A DNA stretch of 64,000 nt from Octopus vulgaris (Eukaryota): NCBI GenBank assembly GCA_951406725.2, contig OX597833.1, forward strand, positions 23,312,001-23,376,000, in the 5' to 3' direction. The translations under genes and the position numbers were made by a program. This document shows, in pieces, positions 12,901 through 25,674 of this stretch. Position 1 is the first letter of the stretch, and each line of letters begins with the position of its first letter. Below the pieces are notes generated by a model that made no database searches, had not been told where the DNA came from, and saw only the letters and a program-made list of their open reading frames with translations.

Positions 12901-15521
12901 TCAAACAGGCGGCGATGGGTATCCGTTGTACAAACGAAGGAGTCCAGCCAATGGAGGCCGCAAGATTACGGTTGGGCGACAAGTGGACAACAGCTACATT
13001 GTCCCCTTCTGTCCTCTCCTGTCGAAGATATTCAAAGCCCACGTCAACGTTGAGTTCTGCAGCTCCATCAGGTCAATACAATATGTCTGCAAATATATCA
13101 ACAAGGGCAGCGATGCTGACATGTTCAGCATCCAGAGGACCACCAGTCGCGACGAAGTGTCCAACTACTTGGCATGCCGGTACCTCAGCAGCAACGAAGC
13201 GTTTTGGCGCATTTACGGCTTTCCGCTCCATCAGAGACACCCGGCTGTGGTGCAGCTTGCTGTACACTTGGAAAATGAACAGCAGATTTACTTCACAGAG
13301 GAAAGTGCTGCGCAGGTAGCCACCAACCCTAAAGACACAACGTTGACCGGTTTCTTCAAATTATGCCAACGTGATGACTTTGCACGAACGCCTTTGTACC
13401 CACAGGTCCCATCGTACTTCGTGTGGTCTAACAACACATGGGTTCGACGGAAATCCGGCAAAAACGTCGAAGGCTTCCCAGGCGTCAAGTTTGACTCCTG
13501 CCTGGGTCGAGTTTACAACATCCCACCAAACCAGCAAGAATGCTTCTACCTCCGTCTCTTTCTACATGAGGTCACTGGTCCAACAGGTTTCGGCAATAGA
13601 CGTACCGTCAATGGGGTTCTGTGCGACACCTTCAGGGAAGCATGTATGAGACTTGGCCTTCTAGAGGATGACTCCCAGTGGGTCGCCACTATGGCAGAGG
13701 GCGCTTTACTGCAAACGCCTTCGGCCCTACGACATCCTTCTTCAAAAATGTCAGCTTAGTGACCTACTAAGTCTCTGGATGAAATACAGGGATGACATGT
13801 CGCAGGACTTCTTACGTACGGCTCAGCAACACTGCCTTTCCGCCGAGATCACGTTCACCAACTTCATTTACAATTTTGCGTTTATTCAACTCGAAGACGC
13901 TGTCATCGATATGGGTGGCTCTGCTTTAACAGAGTACGGCCTTCCACCACCCACACGTGAACACGCCAATGTTATGTCTGCTGAATTGTTACGCGAAACT
14001 TCCTACTGCATTGAGGAACTGCACCAGTACATCCAAGATAATGAACCACGACTGCTTCCAGACCAGCGCATAGCTTACAACACCATCGTAGACTCTGTCA
14101 GACAGCAACGTGGGGGGATTTACTTCCTTGACGCACCTGGCGGCACTGGCAAAACCTTCATCACGAAACTAATTCTGGCGGAGGTCAGACGCAACACGGA
14201 CATTGCCCTGGCTGTAGCTTCCTCTGGTATCACGGCCACGTTGCTTCCGGGTGGCAGAACCGCCCACTCTGCTTTCAGACTCCCGCTCGATCTGGCAAAG
14301 TCCGAGTCACCTATCTGCAACATCGCCAAGAACTCAGAACAGGCCGACATTCTGCGCAGATGCAAACTCATCGTATGGTATGAGTCCACTATGGCACACA
14401 AAGGCACCCTTGAGGCACTGGACAGGTCCCTGCAAGACATCAGAGACTCTACGGCCCCCATGGGAGGATTGACTTTACTTCTTTCAGGAGACTTCAGGTA
14501 GACTCTACCTGTTATTCCAAAAGGAACCCGTGCTGATGTCGTCAGCTCTTTGGGCACATGTGCGGCCCTTGCACCTCCAAACTAACATGCGCACGCAGTT
14601 GATTGGTGACAGCGGATCCACTGCATTCTCCAGGGACCTTTTATCGCTCGGTGAAAATAGGATGCCAGCTGATGCAGATGGCTGCGTTCAATTAGACTCA
14701 CTTTGCATCACTGTCGACACCCCTGCTAGCCTCCGGGACGCTGTCTTCCACGACCTACAAAACAATTTACGCGACCTAAAATGGCTGGCAGGCAGAGCTA
14801 TTCTCGCACGCAAAAATACAACCGTCAACTCCATCAATATCCAGCTACTTGAAGCTATTCCTGATGATGTCCACGTCTACAAATCTATAGATAGGACAGC
14901 AGACCCCGCCAAGCTTGCCGATTATCCTGTTGAATTTCCGAATTCACTTGAACCGCCAGGCCTGCCGCCACACATCCTGAAGTTAAAAGTCGGTGCGCCC
15001 ATTATGCTCATCAGGAATTTGGTTCCACCTAAACAGTGCAACGGCACACGTCTGGTTGTGAAACATTTGCCACCACATTTAATAACGGCCACAATACTTA
15101 CCGGTTGTGGGAAGGGAGAAGACGTCTTCATTCCACGCATGCACCTTCAACCGTCGGGCGCTGACCTACCAATCCATTTCAGGCGTTCTCAGTTTCCTGT
15201 TAAACTCTGCTTCGCAATGTCCATCAATAAATGCCAAGGCCAAACGCTACAAGTCGCTGGGTTACAGTTGGGCGAACAGTGCTTCGTCCACGGTCAACTT
15301 TATGTGGGCTGTTCAAGCGTTGGGAGGCACAATGATGTTTTCATGTTTTCGCCCAAAGGGACAGCTAGGAACATCGTATACACAGAAGTATTTGAGTGAA
15401 GAGAAGACATTGCAACCTACACATGCGCCTTCGTTCCCTAGAGGGAAAGGACTAGATTGGGATTAGTCGTTGCCTACTAGGGGCTCTTACATACCCGGGC
15501 AACGCCGGGCTATGCTGCTAG
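10000..15521 (+). mobile_element. Helitron rolling-circle transposon (5' end approximate)
   Basis: RepHel coding region; 3' hairpin CCCGG-GCAACG-CCGGG at 15494-15509; terminal CTAG at 15518-15521 followed by T. Confidence 0.93.
10567..15399 (+). pseudogene. Helitron RepHel (HUH Rep + Pif1-type SF1B helicase), broken into 4 frames
   Basis: MPPKKRR start; [35 protein letters not shown] (HUH motifs); DAPGGTGKT, TAHSAFRLP, GDFR*, CNGTRL, QFPVKLCFAMSINKCQGQTL, HGQLYVG (helicase); breaks near 12825, 13740, 14500. Confidence 0.93.
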
Positions 15522-15576
<55 letters not shown>

Positions 15577-15980
15577 CTATATTAATCTGTTATTTACACA
15601 AATGGTATGCGTATATATCTGTGTGCGTCTGAGTGTGTGAATGTCTATACGTGCACCATCCCCGTAACACACACACATACTCACTCACACAATAACTTTT
15701 ACAGACATTCACCACACACTCGCACCAACACACACGCACCGACACACATATACACACAACACTCTCACGCACACTCACACTCACTCACCCACATACACAC
15801 ACACACGTATACACAGACTCAATCACACTCACTTACACACATGGATGTGTCAGCTCGGACGTTTAGTCGTCTGCCAGGGATGACCTGTCTTGAACACTAA
15901 CTATCCGTGTGGACATAAGTGCGTTTCTCTCCGTGTGTGTATTCTTTAAAACTTGGTGCGATTGTGTTTATGCACGTTCG

Positions 15981-16412
<432 letters not shown>

Positions 16413-16413
16413 C

Positions 16414-16461
<48 letters not shown>

Positions 16462-16889
16462 ATGAATATATATATGTACACATGTATGTATGTATGTATG
16501 CATGTAGGGTGAGTATATTTGTGCCCTAGATATGTATGCATACGAAGTGTGCGTACGAAACTACGCAGTGTATAAATGCGTACTTGTATGTGTAGTGGGA
16601 GTGTGTCTATTTATATGTATGCATATGTAGGACCTATACACAAAACGCACACACGCGTTCGCATACACATTTACATATAGATACACACGCATATATATGC
16701 ATATTTGCACGTATACATTCACACGCGTTCATGCATTAGCATGCACCCACACGGATAGACACACACACACACAACCGTCTGTAATGTAGACAGTTATGTA
16801 GACTCTACACACCTCCGTTAACGAAACGACCACATCGTATTAGTCATACACACATATGCGCCGAAACACACGCATGCATGCCCCACCAC

Positions 16890-18467
16890 CATTTGTGATA
16901 GCAAGGGGAAACTTTCTGGGTTGGAAATTTGTGGTTGCATGGCGCTTACCTCCCCTAGTCCGTAAAGAATTTATTTTACGTACAGGGTTGCTGGCACTAT
17001 TAGAATTGAAATCATTATTCCTATTACGAGTAACTTTACTATCTGCAGAAGCAGATGCTGGTTTAGAATGAGCTGAGTCGAGCATGACACTTTCTCCCCA
17101 TAACCGGCTCCCAACAAGGCGGCGTCACAGAAGTCCGCCCCTTGGCCAAAGATGCCGACACCAGCAGACAACCTGGACAGTCTCAGAGACACGTTTTCAA
17201 CTAAACCATCGGCAACTGGTCTGGCATGACCACTGAAAATGCCAACACACCCAAGACGTGCGGAAGGTCCACGACAAGGGAAGCATGAGTCACTCTGCAA
17301 ACCGAGGGCAATGTCCAAGAAGTTGGCCCTAGCCAATTCATCGTTGAAAACCAATGCGCAAGCCCACTCCACTAAAAAACCCAACCAATCTGTTCTTAAC
17401 CTTCTGTATTTTTTGGTTCGAAACGTTTTGGAGGTAAAGCAGACAATCGTCGCGATAAAGACCTCCACAGATGTCCGGGAATTGGTCGGCCATTTCACAA
17501 AGAATATAAATTCCGACCAAACCGGCTATCTGGGCGCTGTCTGTACTTCCCATTAGTACATCAAACGCATTAGGGGCATCTCTACCGAACCACAATTTGC
17601 TATCGAACTGGATGAAAGACTTCCTAGCAGTCAATATCACACCAATTTCCCCCCTGGAGAGGCCTGCCCCACTGTGCGCGTGCCATAGGGCCTTATTAAG
17701 TACAACAGGGTTGATTGAAGAATAGAAACCAGATACACCGAATTGGACAAATTTAGTGTTGGCCCCATCAGTAATAGAAGTAAACCAATCTACGACTTGA
17801 ACAGAATTGGACCATAAGCTAAGTTTTAATTTATTAATTAATATAGGGATATACTTATCTAATATGTATTTACTAAGGATACCGATGTCTGAACTGGAAG
17901 GGCATATGAGCCGCAATGCTGGGCCAGTATGAAAGTTCTGTTTGTGGTCCTTTAAGATGAATCTGGGTTGCCTAGGGTTTAATGGTTCCGTCTTCATCTT
18001 TAATCCGTAAGTCTCCATAATCTGCTTAGTTTCTAAGTTGGCCCGCCTGAGAGCACTCCCACCGGTGGTCCTGTAATTCTTATGTATCTCCTTTTCGAGC
18101 AGTTCTAAATAATGGCTCTTGGTAAGCCTAAAGATGTTGCCGGTTTCATCCGACCGGACAAGGACAGAATCCAAGCCGTCCATATCCCCAGAGACGTCAT
18201 CGAGGCACCTGACGTGCTCATTCCTGAGGGGTGATTTATGAAATTTAATATTATTTACGATGTCCCAAAGATCATCTTCGAATTTCTTCAATCTAGGATT
18301 AGGTGGAGAAGTTCCCCTCGACTTAAATAGTCTTTTACACCCAAGGGAGACGTCGTTACTGGTCCGTTTTAGGTCCTCATTATCGTGGAAGAAGGCGAGC
18401 CATCTGATGCGGATGATAAATGCATTGGTCTTGTTAATAATTTCCTTAAGGAAGGCTTTTTTCGGTG
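16890..18467 (-). pseudogene. PLE partial copy (RT region), head-to-head with copy A
   Basis: Reverse complement of 18808-20382. Confidence 0.92.
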
Positions 18468-18761
18468 AATGAAAACATGCTGTCTTCGAAACATGAGTCG
18501 AGAGTAAAGGAATTTTGTTAACATCTTCGTTCGACTCCATTCTTTCATTTATTCATATACAACACACAGATTTCTACACATGAACCCGGAGTTTCTACCC
18601 TTGACAGGTCGCTTCAACCGTGTTTCTGACGTGAATTTGCTACCCAGGTTTCGGTTAAACGAATTTTCCATGCTGACGATAAACATAGGATAATTCATTC
18701 ACCTACTTAAATATTCTTATACAGTTTCCCTGAGAACCTGCTAACATAACCGATACCGCAA

Positions 18762-21327
18762 ATGGAGTTGTTCAATATTAACGCCTCCCTTAAGGATATC
18801 CCTATACCACCGAAAAAGCCTTCCTTAAGGAAATTATTAACAAGACCAATGCATTTATCATCCGCATCAGATGGCTCGCCTTCTTCCACGATAATGAGGA
18901 CCTAAAACGGACCAGTAACGACGTCTCCCTTGGGTGTAAAAGACTATTTAAGTCGAGGGGAACTCCTCCACCTAATCCTAGATTGAAGAAATTCGAAGAT
19001 GATCTTTAGGACATCGTAAAGAATATTAAATTTCATAAATCACCCCTCAGGAATGAGCACCTCAGGTGCCTCGATGACGTCTCTGGGGATATGGACGGCT
19101 TGGATTCTGTCCTGGTCCGGTCGGATGAAACCGGCAACATCTATAAGCTTACCAAGAGCCATTATTTAGAACTGCTCGAAAAGGAGATACATAAGAATTA
19201 CAGGACCACCGGTGGGAGTGCCCTCAAGCGGGCCAACTTAGAAACTAAGCAGATTATGGAGACTTACGGATTACAGATGAAGACGGAACCATTAAACCTA
19301 GGCAACCCAGATTCATCTTAAAGGACCACAAACAGAACTTTCATACTGGCCCAGCATTGCGGCTCATATGCCCTTCCAGATCAGACATCGGTACCCTTAG
19401 TAAATACATATTAGATAAGTACATCCCTATATTAATTAATAAATTAAAACTTAGCTTATGGTCCAATTCTGTTCAAGTCGTAGATTGGTTTACTTCTATT
19501 ACTGATGGGGCCAACACTAAATTTGTCCAATTCGGTGTATCTGGTTTCTATTCTTCAATCAACCCTGTTGTACTTAATAAGGCCCTATGGCACGCGCACA
19601 GTGGGGCAGGCCTCTCCAGGGGGAAATTGGTGTGATATTGACTGCTAGGAAATCTTTCATCCAGTTCGATAGCAAATTGTGGTTCGGTAGAGATGCCCCT
19701 AATGCGTTTATGTATTAATGGGAAGTACAGACAGCGCCCAGATAGCCGGTTTGGTCGGAATTTATATTCTTTGTGAAATGGCCGACCAATTCCCGGACAT
19801 CTGTGGAGGTCTTTATCGCGACGATTGTCTGCTTTACCTCCAAAACGTTTTGAACCAAAAAATACAGAAGGTTAAGAACAGATTGGTTGGGTTTTTTAGT
19901 GGAGTGGGCTTGCGCATTGGTTTTTGACGATGAATTGGCTAGGGCCAACTTCTTGGACATTGCCCTCGGTTTGCAGAGTGACTCATGCTTCCCTTGTCGT
20001 GGACCTTCCGCACGTCTTGGGTGTGTTGGCATTTTCAGTGGTCATGCCAGACCAGTTGCCGATGGTTTAGTTGAAAACGTGTCTCTGAGACTGTCCAGGT
20101 TGTCTGCTGGTGTCGGCATCTTTGGCTAAGGGGCGGACTTCTGTGGCGCCGCCTTGTTGGGAGCCGGTTATGGGGAGAAAGTGTCATGCGTCGACTCAGC
20201 TCATTCTAAACCAGCATCTGCTTCTCCAAATAGTAAAGTTACTCGTAATAGGAATAATGATTTCAATTCTAATAGTGCCAGCAACCCTGTACGTAAAATA
20301 AATTCTTTACGGACTAGGGGAGGTAAGCGCCATGCAACCACAAATTTCCAACCCAGAAATTTTCTCCTTGCTATCACAAATGACACTGGGAACAATTCAA
20401 GGGCCACAGAAAACTGTATCTGGTTTGTAATACCTTTCGGAAAACAAATTAAATCGAACCTTCCCTTACAGTTCCGTGAAGCCGTTGCTGGGAGCTTTCC
20501 CAGAAATTCTGGATGTCATTCTGTTGTCGATTCACACGGGGTCAGAGTCGCTTTCTCTGGCACTAGGGGTCTTTCGCAAATTGTGTCTTCCCAATACCAA
20601 ACTGCTAGACGGGAATTCTTCACCCGGCAGTTCCAACACTAATCTTGCTAATTCCAACCCATCATACAATCATGGTGATAGGAGTAGTGTTGATGGTGAC
20701 AGTATTGGTGGCGCTGAAAGTGTTGACAATGATGGTGTTGATAATGGTATTGGTCGTGTTGATAGTGGCGGCAGTGGCGGTGTTGTTGTCGGGGGTATTG
20801 CTGGTTGTAATGCCGTTGGTAATACTAATGGTGGTGGAGGTGGTGTAGTTGTTGGCGCTAATGGTAATGGTGACAACGGTCATGACGGTAGAGGCTTCGT
20901 TTCGATCTCGGAGGACAGGCCCAGCAGAATTGGATTTTTGTCTGGTGGTTCTGGGATTTGGAATTCTGTTTGCCAGTGTGGAGTTTCTTCCGGTGCCGGT
21001 GTCTTCTTCTGTGTGGGAGCGTCCACTTCCCAGTTGTCCAGGAGAGTTTCAGACCACTGCTCAACATTCAGGGATAGTAAGGGGCGACATAGTGCAGGGC
21101 TAAGTGAATTGGTTTGGCGTCTTAAGGACAACAATATAGTTTTCAAGTTGGATTGGTTCATACTGTATGTGTCCTTTCCTTTTGATGTGGGCGGGAGATT
21201 TTGTAACATTTGTGACTCTGAATTCTTCCGTGTTCTTTTCTCTAGGGTTCCCCTGGTGGACACACTGATAGAGGGATCATACAGCTGTAAACACTGGCAG
21301 AGGCACACTTTCTGCTCATATAAATGA
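18762..21327 (+). pseudogene. PLE copy A: RT + GIY-YIG ORF (~850 codons), frameshifted and hypermutated
   Basis: MELFNIN start; PRFILKDHK, LRLICP, FGVSGFYSSI, YRDD, FLDIAL, VC..CVG, CNIC..CKH, TGA at 21325. Confidence 0.9.
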
Positions 21328-21592
21328 TAACGATAGTCACTGTGGTTTGAACAATTGGCTTTACGTCCACCCCACTTCTATAAAAATTCTTTCCTAAGCC
21401 TTCGAACATTCTTTCAATCAACGTGCCCTTCCCTCTCCACTTGTTCCCTGCCTGTTATTGCTTTTTCCCTTCTCTTCCTACTATCTATTTTTGACGTCAA
21501 TTCTTCTAATGTTTTTTTAAAAAAAACACTCATTATCGCTTTGTTTGCCGTGTGGGCAATCATCAAAATTTTTGTTTGTCTTGTCGAGAGAG

Positions 21593-21690
21593 TTCCCTTT
21601 CTTTCCTGGTGAGAAGATTGCATGGTGCACCCTTTATTCCTTTGGAATGAAAACATGCTGTCTTCGAAACATGAGTCGAGAGTAAAGGAA
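21593..21690 (+). ncRNA. Type I hammerhead ribozyme of the PLE pLTR with variant core CUGGUGA
   Basis: Stem I CTTTC/GAGAG extended by TTCCCTTT/AAAGGAA; core CTGGTGA 21606-21612; stem II GAAGA..TCTTC; GAAAC-ATGA-GTC. Same motif with core at 25341, 28497, 32209, 35363, 38511 (+) and at 24452-24549, 31319-31416, 42825-42922 (-). Confidence 0.85.
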
Positions 21691-21939
21691 TTTTGTTAAC
21701 ATCTTCGTTCGACTCCATTCTTTCATTTATTCATATACAACACACAGATTTCTACACATGAACCCGGAGTTTCTACCCTTGACAGGTCGCTTCAACCGTG
21801 TTTCTGACGTGAATTTGCTACCCAGGTTTCGGTTAAACGAATTTTCCATGCTGACGATAAACATAGGATAATTCATTCACCTACTTAAATATTCTTATAC
21901 AGTTTCCCTGAGAACCTGCTAACATAACCGATACCGCAA

Positions 21940-24900
21940 ATGGAGTTGTTCAATATTAACGCCTCCCTTAAGGATATCCCTATACCACCGAAAAAAGCCT
22001 TCCTTAAGGAAATTATTAACAAGACCAATGCATTTATCATCCGCATCAGATGGCTCGCCTTCTTCCACGATAATGAGGACCTAAAACGGACCAGTAACGA
22101 CGTCTCCCTTGGGTGTAAAAGACTATTTAAGTCGAGGGAACTCCTCCACCTAATCCTAGATTGAAGAAATTCGAAGATGATCTTTGGGACATCGTAAAGA
22201 ATATTAAATTTCATAAATCACCCCTCAGGAATGAGCACGTCAGGTGCCTCGATGACGTCTCTGGGGATATGGACGGCTTGGATTCTGTCCTGGTCCGGTC
22301 GGATGAAACCGGCAACATCTATAAGATTACCAAGAGCCATTATTTAGAACTGCTCGAAAAGGAGATACATAAGAATTACAGGACCACCGGTGGGAGTGCT
22401 CTCAGGCGGGCCAACTTAGAAACTAAGCAGATTATGGAGACTTACGGATTACAGATGAAGACGGAACCATTAAACCCTAGGCAACCCAGATTCATCTTAA
22501 AGGACCACAAACAGAACTTTCATACTGGCCCAGCATTGCGGCTCATATGCCCTTCCAGTTCAGACATCGGTACCCTTAGTAAATACATATTAGATAAGTA
22601 TATCCCTATATTAATTAATAAATTAAAACTTAGCTTATGGTCCAATTCTGTTCAAGTCGTAGATTGGTTTACTTCTATTACTGATGGGGCCAACACTAAA
22701 TTTGTCCAATTCGGTGTATCTGGTTTCTATTCTTCAATCAACCCTGTTGTACTTAATAAGGCCCTATGGCACGCGCACAGTGGGCAGGCCTCTCCAGGGG
22801 GAAATCGGTGTGATATTGACTGCTAAGAAGTCTTTCATCCAGTTCGATAGCATTGTGGTTCGGTAGAGATGCCCCTAATGCGTTTGATGTACTAATGGGA
22901 AGTACAGACAGCGCCCAGATAGCCGGTTTGGTCGGAATTTATATTCTTTGTGAAATGGCCGACCAATTCCCGGACATCTGTGGAGGTCTTTATCGCGACG
23001 ATTGTCTGCTTTACCTCCAAAACGTTTCGAACCAAAAAATACAGAAGGTTAAGAACAGATTGGTTGGGTTTTTTAGTGGAGTGGGCTTGCGCATTGGTTT
23101 TTGACGATGAATTGGCTAGGGCCAACTTCTTGGACATTGCCCTCGGTTTGCAGAGTGACTCATGCTTCCCTTGTCGTGGACCTTCCGCAGATCTTGGGTG
23201 TGTTGGCATTTTCAGTGGTCATGCCAGACCAGTTGCCGATGGTTTAGTTGAAAACGTGTCTCTGAGACTGTCCAGGTTGTCTGCTGGTGTCGGCATCTTT
23301 GGCCAAGGGGCGGACTTCTGTGGCGCCGCCTTGTTGGGAGCCGGTTATGGGGAGAAAGTGTCATGCGTCGACTCAGCTCATTCTAAACCAGCATCTGCTT
23401 CTCCAAATAGTAAAGTTACTCGTAATAGGAATAATGATTTCAATTCTAATAGTGCCAGCAACCCTGTACGTAAAATAAATTCTTTACGGACTAGGGGAGG
23501 TAAGCGCCATGCAACCACAAATTTCCAACCCAGAAATTTTCCCCTTGCTATCACAAATGACACTGGGAACAATTCAAGGGCCACAGAAAACTGTATCTGG
23601 TTTGTAATACCTTTCAGAAAACAAATTAAATCGAACCTTCCCTTACAGTTCCGTGAAGCCGTTGCTGGGAGCTTTCCCAGAAATTCTGGATGTCATTCTG
23701 TTGTCGATTCACACGGGGTCAGAGTCGCTTTCTCTGGCACTAGGGGTCTTTCGCAAATTGTGTCTTCCCAATACCAAACTGCTAGACGGGAATTCTTCAC
23801 CCGGCAGTTCCAACACTAATCTTGCTAATTCCAACCCATCATACAATCATGGTGATAGGAGTAGTGTTGATGGTGACAGTATTGGTGGCGGCGAAAGTGT
23901 TGACGATGATGGTGTTGATAATGGTATTGGTCGTGTTGATAGTGGCGGCAGTGGCGGTGTTGTTGTCGGTGGTATTGCTGGTTGTAATGCCGTTGGTAAT
24001 ACTAATGGTGGTGGAGGTGGTGTAGTTGTTGGCGCTAATGGTAATGGAGACAACGGTCATGACGGTAGAGGCTTCGTTTCGATCTCGGAGAACAGCCCCA
24101 GCAGAATTGGATTTTTGTCTGGTGGTTCTGGGATTGGGAATTCTGTTTGCCAGTGTGGAGTTTCTTCCGGTGCCGGTGTCTTCTCCTGTGTGGGAGCGTC
24201 CACTTCCCAGTTGTCCAGGAGAGTTTCAGACCACTGCTCAACATTCAGGGATAGTAAGGGGCGACATAGTGCAGGGCTAAGTGAATTGGTTTGGCGTCTT
24301 AAGGACAACAATATAGTTTTCAAGTTGGATTGGTTCATACTGTCTGTGTCCTTTCCTTTTGTGGTATAGAAACTCCGGGTTCATGTGTAGAAATCTGTGT
24401 GTTGTATATGAATAATTGAAAGAATGGAGTCGATCGAAGATGTTAACAATATTCCTTTACTCTCGACTCATGTTTCGAAGACAGCATGTTTTCATTCCAA
24501 AGGAATAAAGGGTGCACCATGCAATCTTCTCACCAGGAAAGAAAGGGAACCTCTCTCGACAACAAGACAAACAAAATTTTGATGATTGCCCACACGGCAA
24601 ACAAAGCGATAATAAGTGTTTTTTTTAAAAAACATTGGAAGAATTGACGTCAAAAATAGATAGTAGGAAGAGAAGGGACAAAGCAATAACAGGCAGGGAA
24701 CAAGTGGGAAGGGAAGGGCACGTTGATTGAAAGAATGTTCGAAGGCTTATGAAAGAATTTCTTTATAGAAGTGGGGTGGGCGTAAAGCCAATTGTTCAAA
24801 CCACAGGATAGTAAGGGGCGACATAGTGCAGGGCTAAGTGAATTGGTTTGGCGTCTTAAGGACAACAATATAGTTTTCAAGTTGGATTGGTTCATACTCT

Positions 24901-25059
24901 CTGTGTCCTTTCCTTTTGATGGGGGCGGGAGATTTTGTAACATTGGTGACTCTGAATTCTTCCGTGTTCTTTTCTCTAGGGTTCCCCTGGTGGACACCGA
25001 TAGAGGGATCATACAGCTGTAAACACTGGCAGAGGCACACTTTCTGCTAATATAAATGA
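21940..25059 (+). pseudogene. PLE copy B, with inverted pLTR segment 24367-24806 inside the endonuclease region
   Basis: Repeat of copy A at ~3177 bp offset; ~110 bp of EN sequence is duplicated across the inversion. Confidence 0.9.
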
Positions 25060-25674
25060 TAACGATAGTCACTGTGGTTTGAACAATTGGCTTTACGCCC
25101 ACCCCACTTCTATAAAGTAATTCTTTCATAAGCCTTCGAACATTCTTTCAATCAACGTGCCCTTCCCTCTCCACTTGTTCCCTGCCTGTTATTGCTTTTT
25201 CCCTTCTCTTCCTACTATCTATTTTTGACGTCAATTCTTCTAATGTTTTTTTTAAAAAAACACTCATTATCGCTTTGTTTGCCGTGTGGGCAATCATCAA
25301 AATTTTTGTTTGTCTTGTCGAGAGAGTTTCCCTTTCTTTCCTGGTGAGAAGATTGCATGGTGCACCCTTTATTCCTTTGGAATGAAAACATGCTGTCTTC
25401 GAAACATGAGTCGAGAGTAAAGGAATTTTGTTAACATCTTCGTTCGACTCCATTCTTTCATTTATTTATATACAACACACAGATTTCTACACATGAACCC
25501 GGAGTTTCTACCCTTGACAGGTCGCTTCAACCGTGTTTCTGACGTGAATTTGCTACCCAGGTTTCGGTTAAACGAATTTTCCATGCTGACGATAAACATA
25601 GGATAATTCATTCACCTACTTAAATATTCTTATACAGTTTCCCTGAGAACCTGCTAACATAACCGATACCGCAA

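Noticed and set aside
17338-18540. 400-aa ORF as a real gene
   Set aside because: Chimera: its N-terminus is antisense pLTR read across the inversion junction at 18467 into the PLE RT.
18590-18725. Possible retained PLE intron in the 5' leader (acceptor-like CCCTTGACAG and TCTTATACAG)
   Set aside because: No convincing donor site identified; needs transcript data.
20645-20883. Val-rich, Thr-rich and Pro-rich ORFs as membrane or mucin-like genes
   Set aside because: Alternative frames of the mutated low-complexity PLE linker, repeated in each unit.
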